Assembly (NCBI GenBank): GCA_013265495.1
Contig: MU058645.1
Location: 848,995 to 912,994 of the forward strand
Reading direction: 5' to 3'
DNA length: 64,000 nt
DNA from: Vicugna vicugna
Taxonomy: Eukaryota
The notes below the pieces were generated by a model that saw only the letters and a list, made by a program, of their open reading frames with translations, did not search any database and was not told the origin of the DNA. The position numbers were made by a program, and so were the translations under genes. Shown here one piece after another: positions 1 to 12,000 of the stretch (positions within the stretch are counted from its first letter, which is position 1; each line of letters starts with the position of its first letter).

Positions 1-219
1 AGACTTTCTCACCAATGACCCTCACAGCTGGGAGCAGTTTCAAACAGTCTATTCTGTCAAACCAGTTGTTCCCTAAAACACTTGCCCCGCCTGTTCAGGA
101 CTTTCCAGAGTTGGACCCGTAGTGCTGGAGTCGGTCTGCTGTTACGCCCTGAAGCACAGGCCAGCTGCGCCGGGGGCCAGCCGTGAATCTGAGGCCTGGC
201 CCGAACGGTATCGGCTTAC

Positions 220-266
220 TTGCAGCTGTCCATACCAGAGCCCAGCAGGCCCTCAGCATAACTCCC
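220..266 (-). pseudogene. GREB1-family pseudo-exon GSYAEGLLGSGMDSC (C-terminal domain)
   Basis: ttttttttaacgtgcag| acceptor, |gtaagc donor, 47 nt, phase 0->2; in phase with the upstream exon ending at 1185; resembles GREB1 LFSGLLLYLCDSF. Confidence 0.75.
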
Positions 267-1184
267 CTGCACGTTAAAAAAAACACAACACTTTCTTTCT
301 GTAATATTGTGGGAACGCACACTAAGCTATCTGCTTTCTTGTGTACAACTCCAAGAACAGAGAAATGAGCGCAGAGTCCAAGCAGATTACACAAAACGGA
401 TTCACCGTAAAGTTTACAACTGGATAGGAAATAACATGCTTTTATAAAACATCATGTATTTCAGGATCCAGACGGGCTTTGCAGGTATCACATGCTCCTG
501 CTTTAATACAACCACAGTGACTGCATTTCTAGAAGATACAAATAGTCCTGTGTGAAAAACAACGAAACAGGGTGACTGATCACCTCAGGTGGAAAAGAGC
601 AAAGCAAAGGCTATCATGCAAGTGATTTTGGACAATCAGCTATCTCAACACAAAGAGAGAGAGGTTCTTGACTAGGTGAGCCCTGATGATGAAGGGTGAC
701 TTTCACTGAGGGAAATGTATTCAGTTTATCCAAGAGTTAATAATGAAAACCATCTGAGCTGCGAAGGTGCGGGGTAAGCAAAATGAGGCTTTTCAAGGAA
801 CCTCCATAAATCAGGAACACTATTTTTATTCAAGTTTAATTTCATGAGAACCAGGCTTAGTATGCATTTTTTTTCTTTTCATGCATGTGTTTTTTAAAAA
901 CTCTAAAAAGATAATATTATTTTTAGAGTATTACTCAATCTCTCAACCTCTTAAAGTTTAAAACAATGTGAGGAAGACTTCCTACAACAAATACCGTTTT
1001 CAGTTAAAAAGAAAAAAAATCTCAAGGCATCTGAGAGAATCACTAAAATGTATAAATGTGCTTGAAGCTAAAACAAAACCCATGGAAATGAGGGCACCAG
1101 AAAAGACGAGAGATTCTGAAGACCTTAAAATTATTTCTGAAACAAATGGGAGTAAACGATTTGATGAAAAGTGTTCTTACTGAC

Positions 1185-1640
1185 CTCAACTTGGCTTAGG
1201 ACCTTCGGAACCAGGTTAGGAGCCAAGCCCATAAATAAACTACTAATTATTTTGGGAGGAGGAAGTGTGATGGATGCAAATGGCACAGATCCACATGAGT
1301 CAACGTCTTCGTTCAGAGTTTCTGGGGGAAAAGTAGAAATCATCCTCTTGATAATGACATCTTCGGGGGCTATCATTTGACAAAGATTGTCGTCTTTCTT
1401 TCTGTAAAATCCTGGGAACCGTTTTTCCCTTTTCATGTGAAAGCATATAAGACAGTGATCTGCACTTGATCTGACCCTCAGTTGCTAGCTCCCCATTCCT
1501 AGGGGCAGACCCTGAGTTGCCCTGCCTCTGCGCACAGTGTTCCTCTGACGTGTGGTGGCTGGGGAAGGCTTGAATGATGATGACGAGACAGCGGAGCGGT
1601 TTCAAGCTGAGCTCGGAAGCATAAGATGGAAGCCCCCCTA
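1185..1640 (-). pseudogene. GREB1-family pseudo-exon, 3' part (end of TAGT domain and C-terminal domain), downstream of the LTR insertion
   Basis: YASELSLKPLRCLVIII~RASEVQEPFSRCHVHNFIIL; EGQIKCR~AGLLLCR; then a frame change to MKREKRFPGFYR..IAPEDVI..FMGLAPNL~VMKKQIVVGGHR..VVPAQYI..YLNLGSQI; donor GAG|gtcagt at 1185. Confidence 0.7.
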
Positions 1641-1647
1641 CTGGAAA

Positions 1648-2104
1648 CAGATGGCCCCACTGGTCCCCACTTCCTGGTGCCCGTGCCCTTTGGTCAGCCC
1701 TCCCCTTGGGTGTAGGCTGGACCTGATGAGCGGCTTCCCACAAACGCGGTGTGGCGGAAGCAACGACAGGTCCCTTCTGAGGTCAGTGACCATGGCTTCC
1801 CTTTCCATTCTCTATCCTGCTCTTCCATGACTCACGCAGGGAAGCCGCTGCTGTGTTGGGAGGCAGCCCTGTGGGGAGGCCCACCCGGGTGAGCTGGAAA
1901 CAGGTCCTCCCTTGTGGAGCCCTGAGATGACCGCAGCCCTGGCTGGCAGCTTGATGGGCATATCCTGAGAGACCCTGAGCCGGAACTCACCAGCTGGGCT
2001 GCTCCCGGATTCCTGAGCCACAGAAACGGTGAGATAATGAATATGGGTTGCTTCCAGCCTCTAAATTGCGGAGTAATTTGTTAGCAGCAGTGGAGACAAA
2101 TACA
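1648..2104 (+). mobile_element. MaLR solo LTR, MLT1F-like
   Basis: agatggcccc..start; gagagaccctgagccggaac..ggattcctgagccacagaaac.gtgagataat..gtaatttgttagcagcag..aataca end, matching the recalled MLT1F consensus. Confidence 0.8.
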
Positions 2105-2262
2105 TGCCCCTTTCAGGAGAATGCTATTCCAGGCGGCCCATCAAGGAACAGCGCACTCCAGCTGCTTCGAGGGACCTAGAAACTTTGTTTAGGAAGGAGA
2201 TATTTTGCTCCTCCCGATAACTGCACCAGACTCTGAATCCTGAACAGCTCTGTTCTCAGAAC
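2105..2262 (-). pseudogene. GREB1-family pseudo-exon, 5' part (TAGT core), upstream of the LTR insertion
   Basis: Acceptor ttgtttcctgaag|; F*EQSCSGFRV..REEQNISFLNKVSRSLEAAGVRCSLMGRLE* ~ ISDDSCVMWNV..WSERNVSLKHIMQHIEAAPDIMHYALLGLRKW; TGA at 2256-2258 and TAG at 2124-2126. Confidence 0.75.
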
Positions 2263-3663
2263 CTTCAGGAAACAACGGAAAGATGGGAAAGGCTAGACTC
2301 TTAAGGAACATTGAAGTGTCATTCACTTTCAAAATTAATTAACAAAAGCAGCTCAGGCTCTTCCTCCCAAAGTACCAGGAGTTGCCAACCTTCCCATCAC
2401 CCTCCTGTCGCACTCGGTCACAAGCTTGGGGCTGCCTGGTCCCTCTGCTTCCCCTCCCTGTGCCCACCTGCTACAATCAGTCACAAACCTTCTAATCTGT
2501 GTCGGGTTTGGCTCAGCCTCCCAGGTCTGTAATTGCCAGATTCGCACGGCCTCCACCAGGGACTGCCACAGAGACTCCTAGCGTCTCCTCTCGGCAACCA
2601 TCCTTTCACCCTCTGAAACCTGAACGCACCCATCCCAGTTCCCCTGCACTCCTCCTGCTCTCCCCCTTCTGTGATCTGCCCCGTGGCCTCCTGCCTCCTC
2701 ATTCACAGTCACATTCATCCTCAAGACTCAAATCCAAATAGAATCCCTTTGAGAAAGGTCCCTTCCCTCCCAGACCCACGCACACTCTGCATCCCCTTGG
2801 ACCAGGAGGCGCAGAAAAGCTCCATGTGTCGTGTCATATGCATGACCTCTCCTCTTCTCTTTGCAACTCGACTGAAAACTGACTGATGCCAGCATCCCAA
2901 CCTTCTTTCTTTCCCGCCGCACTTCCTAACAAAAACTGTAGACTCTAGACGTTAGACGGAGAGAACAGAAGAACAATGCTATCAGCCGGGCACTGCTTAT
3001 GTGCCAGGTAATGAATAAGCGCAACTGCTTCAGTCCTCACCGCAATCCTCCAAGGTGCACTTCTGTGTCTGCGTTTAACAAATGGGAAAACAAAACGGGT
3101 GAGCTGTCCAAGTTCCCCCTTCTGGAAAGTGGTTGAGCAGGAATACGAAAGGAGGGCTGGAGATGGCTCTTTACACTTGCCACACCCACCCCAGTACCAA
3201 GTTGAGGAGTGAATGCACTTAGATCAGCACGCATTGCAGTGATGAAACATTGGGGAGCGCAGCTCGTGGCTAACAGCAGGCACTGTGGGGACTATCTGCT
3301 GGCGTCCAAATCTCCCCTTCGCTTCTCCTGCAGGCAAGTCAGTCAACTTCCCTGAGACGTAATTCTCCTCCTACCAGGGAGAAAGTGATAGCACAGCCCT
3401 GGGGCCGTCATGAGAATTCAGGGGGCTAACACAGATGCAGAGCTTAGCACTTAACAAATGGCGGTCTTGCTTTTTCCATCTTGGCTGTACCCTCCCTTCT
3501 CTCTCAAAAGCAGCTTTACACACACACACAAATTCTGTGAATTTCCAAGTATAAATTGTTTAACACATCCGAAGTTTTATTGGTTTTTATTTGTGACTTG
3601 CTACAATTTCTTTTCCTGTTGATTGTCTCTGTGCTGTACAGTGAAGTAAAAGCTAGAACTCAC

Positions 3664-3711
3664 ACAATCAGAATTTTCCCAACTACTGAGCTGTGTGGAC
3701 TGATTTAAACT
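3664..3711 (-). pseudogene. Small pseudo-exon SLNQSTQLSSWENSDC
   Basis: ctcttaag| acceptor, |gtgagt donor, 48 nt, phase 0->0, in phase with the exon ending at 4132; weak match TQLSSWEN~KELSYHN. Confidence 0.5.
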
Positions 3712-4131
3712 CTTAAGAGCAACAGGCAAATTCATATCACAGAAAAAAAGGCATTTTATTCTTGCTAAGACAAAACGAATAATGGCAGAATCTTTCAAGA
3801 TAGATAATAAAGAATAAATAGAAGAGAGAGAGAGAAAGAAAAGAGAGTGTGGACTTTAGCCACCAACAGTGAAACACAGACACAATACAGACAGACATAA
3901 AGCGATGGCATTTTTGGAGCTGGAAGTATCCATAGATTTCACCATCTCTGTCCCATCCCACCTGGTCCAAGTTTACAGATTAGAAAGCTGAGCCTGTGGG
4001 AAACTGACAGTCCTGTTCACGTGGCTCATGACAGATGGGCCCTAAAATTGACTCCCTTTGCCTGTGATGGGGTTTTTCCCACTGCATCAAGCCTGCTTGC
4101 TCGATGTCTCTTTGATAAACTGAGGTCTTAC

Positions 4132-4389
4132 ATCAGCTATTTTTATACCCTCATCATTGCAGAACTTCAGTCCCCACTTCCATTTCCTCTTGCTACACAA
4201 AATTGTCTCATTCTTCCTTGGCATCTAGTCTTCCTCCCACAAAACTAACTTCTAAACATTTATTTCATGGGCGCCTCCCAGGAGCCGATTATTCTTTGTT
4301 AGCACACACCATTGTTCCTCAGACGGGATGTATAGCCGGTGGGTGGGGGCTCCTGGCTCTGGCTGACTGTTATTCCATTCCAAAAATTT
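4132..4389 (-). pseudogene. GREB1-family pseudo-exon (N-terminal part of TAGT domain)
   Basis: ctgttctaag| acceptor, |gtaaga donor; LYIPS..RLLGGAHEINV*KLVLWEED*M..FCNDEGIKIA ~ TFTPT..HAMDGASHLHVLVVKEYEM..IFNSAGVGAA; TAG at 4252-4254 and 4225-4227. Confidence 0.7.
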
Positions 4390-4445
4390 CTTAGAACAGA
4401 CGGGACTAGATAACAGTGCTCCCTAGCCTGCGTCTCCTCACGAGA

Positions 4446-4458
4446 NNNNNNNNNNNNN
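4446..4458. other. Assembly gap (13 N)
   Basis: Run of N in the sequence. Confidence 0.99.
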
Positions 4459-4709
4459 CCCACCCCCATCCCCGTCCCCGTCCAGCCATGCACCGTGACG
4501 CCCACTGCAGTTCTCATCCATCTCTGCTCCTCTGAGCCCCAAGATGACCTCATGCCCCACCTTCCTTTGCTTCCTCATGGTTTTATAGGGCCTAAGGGAC
4601 CCCAGGAAATCATTATATGAAAGAGTTTGAGGTTTATTGCCATGTTTCAATGAGTTTCTCTCTACCTTTAAACATGTTCTCTTTTTTATTTCTTTCAAAA
4701 GTAGGCAAA

Positions 4710-5100
4710 ATATTTTTTCTTTTTTTTACTGTTAATTTACAATATTGTATTAGTTTCAGGTGTACAGCAAAGTGATTCAATTATACATATACATATATAT
4801 GTATATTCTTTTTCAGATCCTAGGTTATTACAAGATACTGAATCTAGCTCCCTGTGCTATACAGTAGGACCTTGTTGTTTATCAATTTTATACACAGTAG
4901 TGTGTATATGTTAATCCCAAACTTCTAATTTATCCCTCCCCCGCCACCCCTTTCCCCTTGGGTAACCATAGTTTGTTTTCTATGTCTATGAATCTATTTC
5001 CAGTTTGTAAATAAGTTCATTTGTATCATTTTTTTTAGATTCCAGATATAAGTGATATCATATGATATTTGTCTTTCTCTGTCTGATTTACTTCATTTAC
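4710..5100 (-). mobile_element. L1 3' end (recent lineage L1, 5'-truncated)
   Basis: Poly-T followed by tttacaatattgtattagtttcaggtgtacagcaaagtgattca..ttttagattcca.atataagtgatatcatatgatatttgtctttctctgtctga. Confidence 0.85.
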
Positions 5101-5309
5101 TAAAACTTGTTCCTTTTTTCCTCTTTTTTTTGCTCACATCCTCAACACATGGTCTGGCTAATCCCTCTCTCTGCACATTATCGCCCCGAACTCCGTGTCA
5201 AGCTCCTCTTCCACGCTGTTGCTCGCACACAGCCGCAGCATCTGGTTCCTGGGACAGCTGGACACAGTAGCCAGTGACGTGATTCTCACAGAGACTTTTA
5301 TTAACTCAC

Positions 5310-5948
5310 CCGAATGGCTTAGTGGATTTAGCAAAGCTTCTTGCAACCTGGGTGTCACAAAAGCTTCTGACAACATATTTACATGAATCTTCTGATAAAA
5401 TACTGTTCTGAGTATGGGAAAAAATAGGCGATAATTCTACTGCCCAACTTGAAAACTTGGAAAGTTGAGAAGAGAACTTATTTCTGAAAAACAGACCTTT
5501 CCCACCGTACACGCTGAACAGTAGAAACACGAAGTCCCTCCGGCGGGGCTGGAATCCACCCGTCTCTGCTCTGAACCAGAAGTCGGGACACGTTATCTGT
5601 GAAGCCCGGAGAGTAAACATGCTGGGCTCTGTGCGCTGTGAGGTCTCTGTGGCCACTGCTCGGAACCGTTGTCATAGACGGAGACCGTCCACGGTTTGTA
5701 AACCAACAGGCCTGCCTTGTCCTGATAAACGGCACTTACAGATGCAGGCACTAGTCAGATCTGGCCTGCAGGCTGCAGGCTGCAGACGCCGGCTGTACAC
5801 CAACGCCATGTTACAGGCGGTGGGAACCACAGCCTGGGCAGAGCTGCGGCCATCAGCGCAGCGTCCCCCACATACAGAGAGCACACTCACCCACGTGTTC
5901 GGACGGAGTTTCAGCCTCGAGGATAAGACCCCGTTGAAGTTACTGGAG
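5310..5948 (-). pseudogene. GREB1-family pseudo-exon(s) covering the Walker-A region of the SF2-like module and the pre-TAGT segment
   Basis: Acceptor ccaaatttaag| at 5948, donor GG|gtgagt at 5310 (639 nt; internal alternative sites at 5895/5734/5483); SSNFNGVLS~ASSFRPLLS; LVYKPWTVSVYDNG..PACLLSG~LYYRQWTV..MDYG..PRRLLLSG; QLSKFSSW~RLSKYAAY; NSILSED~YSMLGEE; stops at 5672-5674 and 5593-5595 depending on frame. Confidence 0.75.
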
Positions 5949-6178
5949 CTTAAATTTGGACAGAACATCAAAAGAGAGCAAAGACTCGGCGCAGGGTCTG
6001 AGGTGCAGGAACGCCACACAGATCACTGTGTCAACAGCCGGGTGGACTTGGCTTAGAGAAGAGCTCATTAGGAAATCACTGGAAACCTCACGAAAGGGCA
6101 ATTTATAAAGAGGCACAGATACGGAAGCGAGCCCTCAACAGGCCAAAATCCAAATAGCTGACAACAGGTTAGAGATAC

Positions 6179-6340
6179 CTGGACGCCTGGGGACACTGAA
6201 TTCCCTCTCTGGGGCCGCTTGCCCTGTCACACAACTTTGCAAAGACATCTTCCTCATCATCTGCATCCTCTTCCTTACCCTCATCTTCTTTCTCACCTTC
6301 ATCCCCATCATCCTCGTCCGCATCCTTGTCGTCAATATTT
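6179..6340 (-). pseudogene. Acidic pseudo-exon NIDDKDADEDDGDEGEKEDEGKEEDADDEEDVFAKLCDR..
   Basis: gtatcttttag| acceptor, CAG|gtatct donor, 162 nt, phase 2->2, open, codon-periodic GAN/GGN content. Confidence 0.65.
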
Positions 6341-8684
6341 CTAAAAGATACCTTTTGTTCAAACGTTTCACTCTGCGCTTTTCAGGTGGCATTTTGTTAG
6401 TCTCCACAAGTCCCGTGTGAGACAGGGACACGTGGTGCCCTCCTCACCCTGCAGACCGGGGAGCTATCCGGCGGTCAGCACCCTGACAGCAGTCAGGCGC
6501 CTAGGGAGTGGCAACGCCCAGATTCATGCCCAGGCCTGGGCCACCCGAAGCCCATCCTCTTAACTAGACAAACTGAAACATCCGCCCTTTCCTCTGCAGC
6601 GTGGCCACGTGGATGCTGCTCGAAGATGCTCGTGCCTAAAATCCCTATCACCATCTGGGCCCATCACGAGCATTTTATTGGTACCACAAATAGCTGTGGA
6701 TTCAAAAGGACACCAGCAGCCTCGCCCTTGCTGATCCCCTTGTGCAGAGGTGAAGGGTTAACAAGCTCGCCCATGATGCCCGGAGCGGAAGCATTTAGTG
6801 AGCAGCTGGGAAGGCCTGCTGCCCTCACGCTTTTAATGCATATGTATCGCGTCGCCCTCACTAACCCCCCCGTGTTTGTTTTGTGTGGGTTTTTTCCCTC
6901 CACGGGGAGACTGTGGAAGATGCCAGCTGGAGGGTTCACAGGCTTCACCTGACTTGTCTCTTTTCTTGGAAATAGCCCTGGTACAAAACAGAATCTGCTC
7001 CTAAGGGATCACAAAGACGGAGTTCTTCTTCACCAGAAATAAAATTCAATTTAAAACGAAAATTGCAAAAAGGCTCTCCATCCCTTGGAATTCACGGTGG
7101 GCCGGGTTTCCCGAGTCGAGGAAACCACTCTGGGCACTGTTGCTCTTCCTTGTGGCTCCTGGTGGTTATAAATGGATCGTGGCTGGGGAGCAAACCAGAA
7201 ACACACCTTTGCTGGTCGTAAGGGGGCTTTGATTCTACTGTGATGTCTTTGGGAACTAGCAGGGGCCTGACTGTTTTTCAAAGAGCAGTGAACCTCTTCT
7301 CGTCTGGCTGGGCCTACTGCACCAGGCGTAGCGTTCAGACCTTGTTCTGTGAAGTTCCCCGAAGCCCAGAATGAGGCTTTAAGGACACGAGTGAGCTTGG
7401 CAGTGGATTAAGAGAGTGAACTTGAATATACAGGTAGAGTGTTCACTTCTGACACGGACCATCACTTCCCTATGTGACGGCTCTGCTTGTGACTGCATCA
7501 AACGAAAGAGGAAACGCCACAAAAAATACTTTTCTGGGCAAGACACATGGAAGACATAAAACCAATTCAGGGGGAAGCTGCATTCAGGAAGCAATGGGGT
7601 TAGTCTCTTTCATTTACTCTCGGAAAAACGGGCATCACCAGGTTCACCCCCGTCTCTCAGCTTTTAAGGATAAGCCAGCTCACCCCATGTGAATTGCTCA
7701 ATGTGGTCCAAATATGCAATTTGCAGAGACTTGACCACGAAAATTATTTTCTGAAAAATCTTAGATTTGTGACTTGAAATGTAAAGATTGACAAGTACAG
7801 GAAAATTGAAGGTTGGGATTTATAGCAAGTGGCTGCTTAGTTTTAGAAAATTTTGTGCTGAATTTCTATTGTTAAGAAAGGAGAAAAGTACCATTTAAGT
7901 ATCATGAAAAAAAACCAACCCTAAACCGCAGTAGAGTTTTTCACACATTATGAATTTGAACTTGAAATTATAAACGTGGAGTCAGGGCAGGTCTGCTTGA
8001 CGGCTCACTCTTTTATCACCAGTACCTGGCACTGCGACTGGCCCAAGTAGAAGCTTAATAAACATATAGTTTTAAATATGTGCATGAAAGGAAATTAAGC
8101 AAAAAAGAAAGAAGGAGAGAAAGAAGGGAAGAAACCAGGCAGGTTGAAATTGTCGTTTGTTCCAGCGATTAACAGTTACTGGGTCAAACCACATAGTATG
8201 CAACCCTTCTGTCACGTGCTTCCTAAGGAAACACAGGCAGGGGTGGGTGCAAAGAATTCTTAAATTGCAACTTGGCCGTGGAGGGCAGGACTGTGACGTT
8301 CTTTACAAAGAAAGCATAAATACCAGTATGTTCAGGAATCTGCTGCCCGCCCCCCAGCTGCAATGCCTTCCCCATCCCCCGTCCAGCCCCCATGCAGGAG
8401 AATCATGACATTATGATCTGGTTCAGCCTGATGAGAACAAGGGGAAGAATGCTGGAGAACAGTGTCTTCATCAAAAGTTCTCAAGAAAACCTACTAATAG
8501 CCTTCCCAGATGGGGGAAACAGGGTTTGCTTTATTTACCTTCCTAGTATGGAACATTGCAAACAACGACAAAAGGAGGCAGAACAGTATGATGAACCCTC
8601 ACGTACTCGCTGACCAGCTTTAACAACCATCAATGCAGAGAATCTTACTTCCTCTCTATCCCTGCCCACTCTCCCCAGTTTAGT

Positions 8685-9050
8685 GTGGTGGTGCATCACA
8701 AAGATGCCCTGTCTTTCCCTGCATCCACACCCCTCCGTGTAGCTTCCTGCTGCCCTTTACTAAGGCTCTGGGCTCACCTTGAGACTCACCTGGGCCAATG
8801 GGATGTCAGTAAGTGTGATACAAGTAGAGGTTTGCTTGAAAATTGCTTGTGCGAGTAAACTCAGCCCCACCCTGGTACTCTGCCATCACCATGAGACGGT
8901 CTTTGAACTGAGCTTCTGAAGGAGAGACATGTGGTAGGGCTAGATGTCCCATCCGTGCCATCCTGGATCAGCAGACAGCCAGCCAACACCCATATAAGCA
9001 ATTCAAGCTGAACTCTTCTTGTAGTGATGTACTGTGGTCATCCTGATCAG
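8685..9050 (+). mobile_element. MaLR LTR fragment (MLT1G/H-like) nested in old L1
   Basis: tgtggtggtgcatcacaaagatgcc..ggccaatgggatgtcagtaagtgtgatacaagtagagg..gccatcaccatgaga. Confidence 0.55.
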
Positions 9051-9099
9051 GTAACTGAGCAAGTACAAATCCCAAAAATGTGAGCATTTTGTTTTTTAA

Positions 9100-12000
9100 T
9101 TTGAGCACAACACCATTATTACATGCTTAATAATAAGCCCTTATTAGTATTATATTGAAATATACTTTTTTCATTATTTATTGAGCACAGTGTTCAAATT
9201 TCCAGTTGTCTCATATCACAATTTTTTTAACAGTTTATTTGAATGAGTATCCAAATGTGGTCCACACATTGTTTGTTCCATATATATGTCCCTTAAGTTT
9301 TTCAATCCATCAGTTCCTCACACGTGCACACACTTTCTCTGTATTTTATTTACTGTATTTATTGAATAAATCAGCTCCTTTCTTCTAGAGAGCGTCCATG
9401 TAATGGGTTTTGTTTATTATGCTCTAATGGTGACTGTTACTTATGTGAAAAGTATTTCCCGTAAATGGGAGTTGCATCTAGAGGACTAATCAGATTCACG
9501 TCTGATTTCTTTTTGTTTTTTGGCGTGATGGGCAAGGCTAATTCATAGCTGGTGGCATTTTCTTCCATCAGAGGCACATGTCTGGTTGCCTCACTTTATG
9601 TGACGTAGCAGCCATCGCTGAATAACGCCTAGACCCATTCATCCCGGTTTGGAAACTGGTACTATTCTAATCCCGTCAGCCCACGTTTTTTGTCAGTTGG
9701 AACACTTCAGTAAAAATGTTCCTCTCCTCATCTATAATTTGGATACCCAGGGCACAATTTTGAAAGGAAAGGCAGAATAAATGCTTGATTCTTTCCATTT
9801 ATTTACTATTTTTGAAATAAAGTTTGGTTTACTAACATCTTTCATTGGTGACCAATGAACTGTTTTGCTTTGTTTTTTGCGTTACTATAAACTCATTGAT
9901 ATAAATGCATTTAATGTGCATCAGCCCATTGTAGATGCTATTAGTATTGATGTTCAAAATATGCAATCTTTTGTTGGTGGGAGCTTCTTCAAGTTACCTC
10001 TTCAGTTTTTTCAACATGATGAGGTGGACTTTGATATTGTATATTTTCCCCTTCCTTTGCCCTGGGCCTGGAACAGCCTCTTCTCCAAAGATCCATGGCT
10101 CCTTTTAGAGGGGGAAATGTATTTAGAGACCACAGTCTGGGCTGTGGAGGTGTTCATTGTTACTAGATTGGATAGTGTTTCTAAGCCTTTCCAGTGAACA
10201 GAGTCAAGAGATAATAGGGTTGTTTTCTTTTTAAACATAAAATCCATCGTGAGCCCATACTGATATTTCAAATCAAATTCAGGACCGCAGGTATTTTTCT
10301 TCACTCCTTCTATCTCATGCTTTTTTTTTTCACTACAAACTTTTCTTTTGTTCTCTGTGACACTGGGAATGATAGAATATCACATAATTATCTACTTTAT
10401 CCACATCACACAGAACAGTCTTTATATTATGATACAAACACAATACCAGCAACATGATGACTGAAAACAGCTTATAATTTAAAAAATTCTTTCTGTTTTT
10501 TGTGTATATATGTACACTGAAGAAGTAAGGTTGAATTACTATACTTTAAATCATTTTAAATAGTTTCTGTTGTGTGGTTATGTCACCAACCGGCTACTAA
10601 TTTAGATTAAATTTTATTTTCATTTCCAGGAGTTGTTTTCTCAATTTAATTTTGCATCTTAATTATGTAAAATATTTTTATTTACAGAGTTGATTGTCTA
10701 TAATAAAATTATTAAAAGAAGTTTAATAAAAATACTTTTTATAAAACATTAAGGATTTGAGTTCCTGAAAATGAAGATTATTTAATGCACATGTATCAAT
10801 AAGTAAGCACTTTTCAATAGAGCTATTGTTTTTATCCTTTGTCATTTATTTCCACATGATTGTTTTGTAGTAAGCAAACATGGTCAGATGATAACAAATG
10901 ATTGAAGTATGTTGAGAATTTCTTTCTGGCCTATTATGCAATCCATTTTTATAAATACCCCATGTACACTTTAAAAATGCATATTCTCTGATTTTTAGGT
11001 GCAAGGTTCTAAATATGTTCATTAGGTCAAGTAGGTTAATTGTGTTGGCCAAGTTTTCTTTAACTTTACTCATTTTAGACTACTTCACCCATCGATAATT
11101 GAGAGAGGTGTATTGCATATTCATATAATGGTAAATGTGTCAGCTTCTTGTTATAGATTTGCCATAGTTTGCTTTATATAGTCTCATGTCTATTCTATTA
11201 AGGCCAAACAAGTTGAAAATTGTTTGATATTCCTGGCAAATTAGAAATTTTATTATTGTGTGATAATTCTCACTTTTGATGATACATGTGATGTTACAGC
11301 ATCACTGCAACAATTTTCCTTTGGTCAGTGTTTGCCTGGTTTATCTTTCACACCTTTTAATTTTGAGACTCTTCATGTTTTTATATTTTAGAGTTATCTT
11401 TTGTAAATAGCATATATATTAGGAGTTAAATTTTTGCTTTCTTAATTATATTTGTTATATAGCTCATGAGACTAATCTACTTATATGCATTATGATTATT
11501 ACTCTATCACAACTGGTTTTTACCACCTAATTGCAGGCTTTCTGTTGGTCTTATTTTTCCTCTCCTCTCTTTATTTTTAACTGAATTTTTAAATCTCTTT
11601 GTCTGGTTTTTAAATTTTCCATTTGTCTTTGATACCATGTGGTACTGTCTATGTGCAGATTTCTTTTTTTTTTTTTTTTTGTTCTTTTTTTTCTTGGTGT
11701 ACAGAACAGTTTTCTTTCAGTATTTGTGGATTTATGCCTTTCATGAGTTCTGAGAAATTTTTGGTCATTATCTTTTCAAAATTATCTTTCCTCAATTGCC
11801 TCCATTTCTCCTTCAAACTAATTAGACATAAGTTATCTCTTTTCATTCTATTCTCCATGTTTCTTAATCTGTCTTTCAAAATTTCCCTGTTCCCTGTTAT
11901 ATCAGCTATATCCTAGGTAATTTACTCAGGTCTGCCTTCTAGTTCTTGAATTGTTTCTTCACGTATGTCTAAATTTCTCTTTAACTCATTCATTGAGTTT

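Noticed and set aside
5370..5410. ILSEDSC as the GREB1 catalytic ISDDSC motif
   Set aside because: Collinear order fits YSMLGEE better; the true DDSC position maps to 2244-2258.
8324..8427. Exon-like segment AEPDHNVMILLHGG
   Set aside because: Good acceptor but stops in all three frames and no recognisable family motif.
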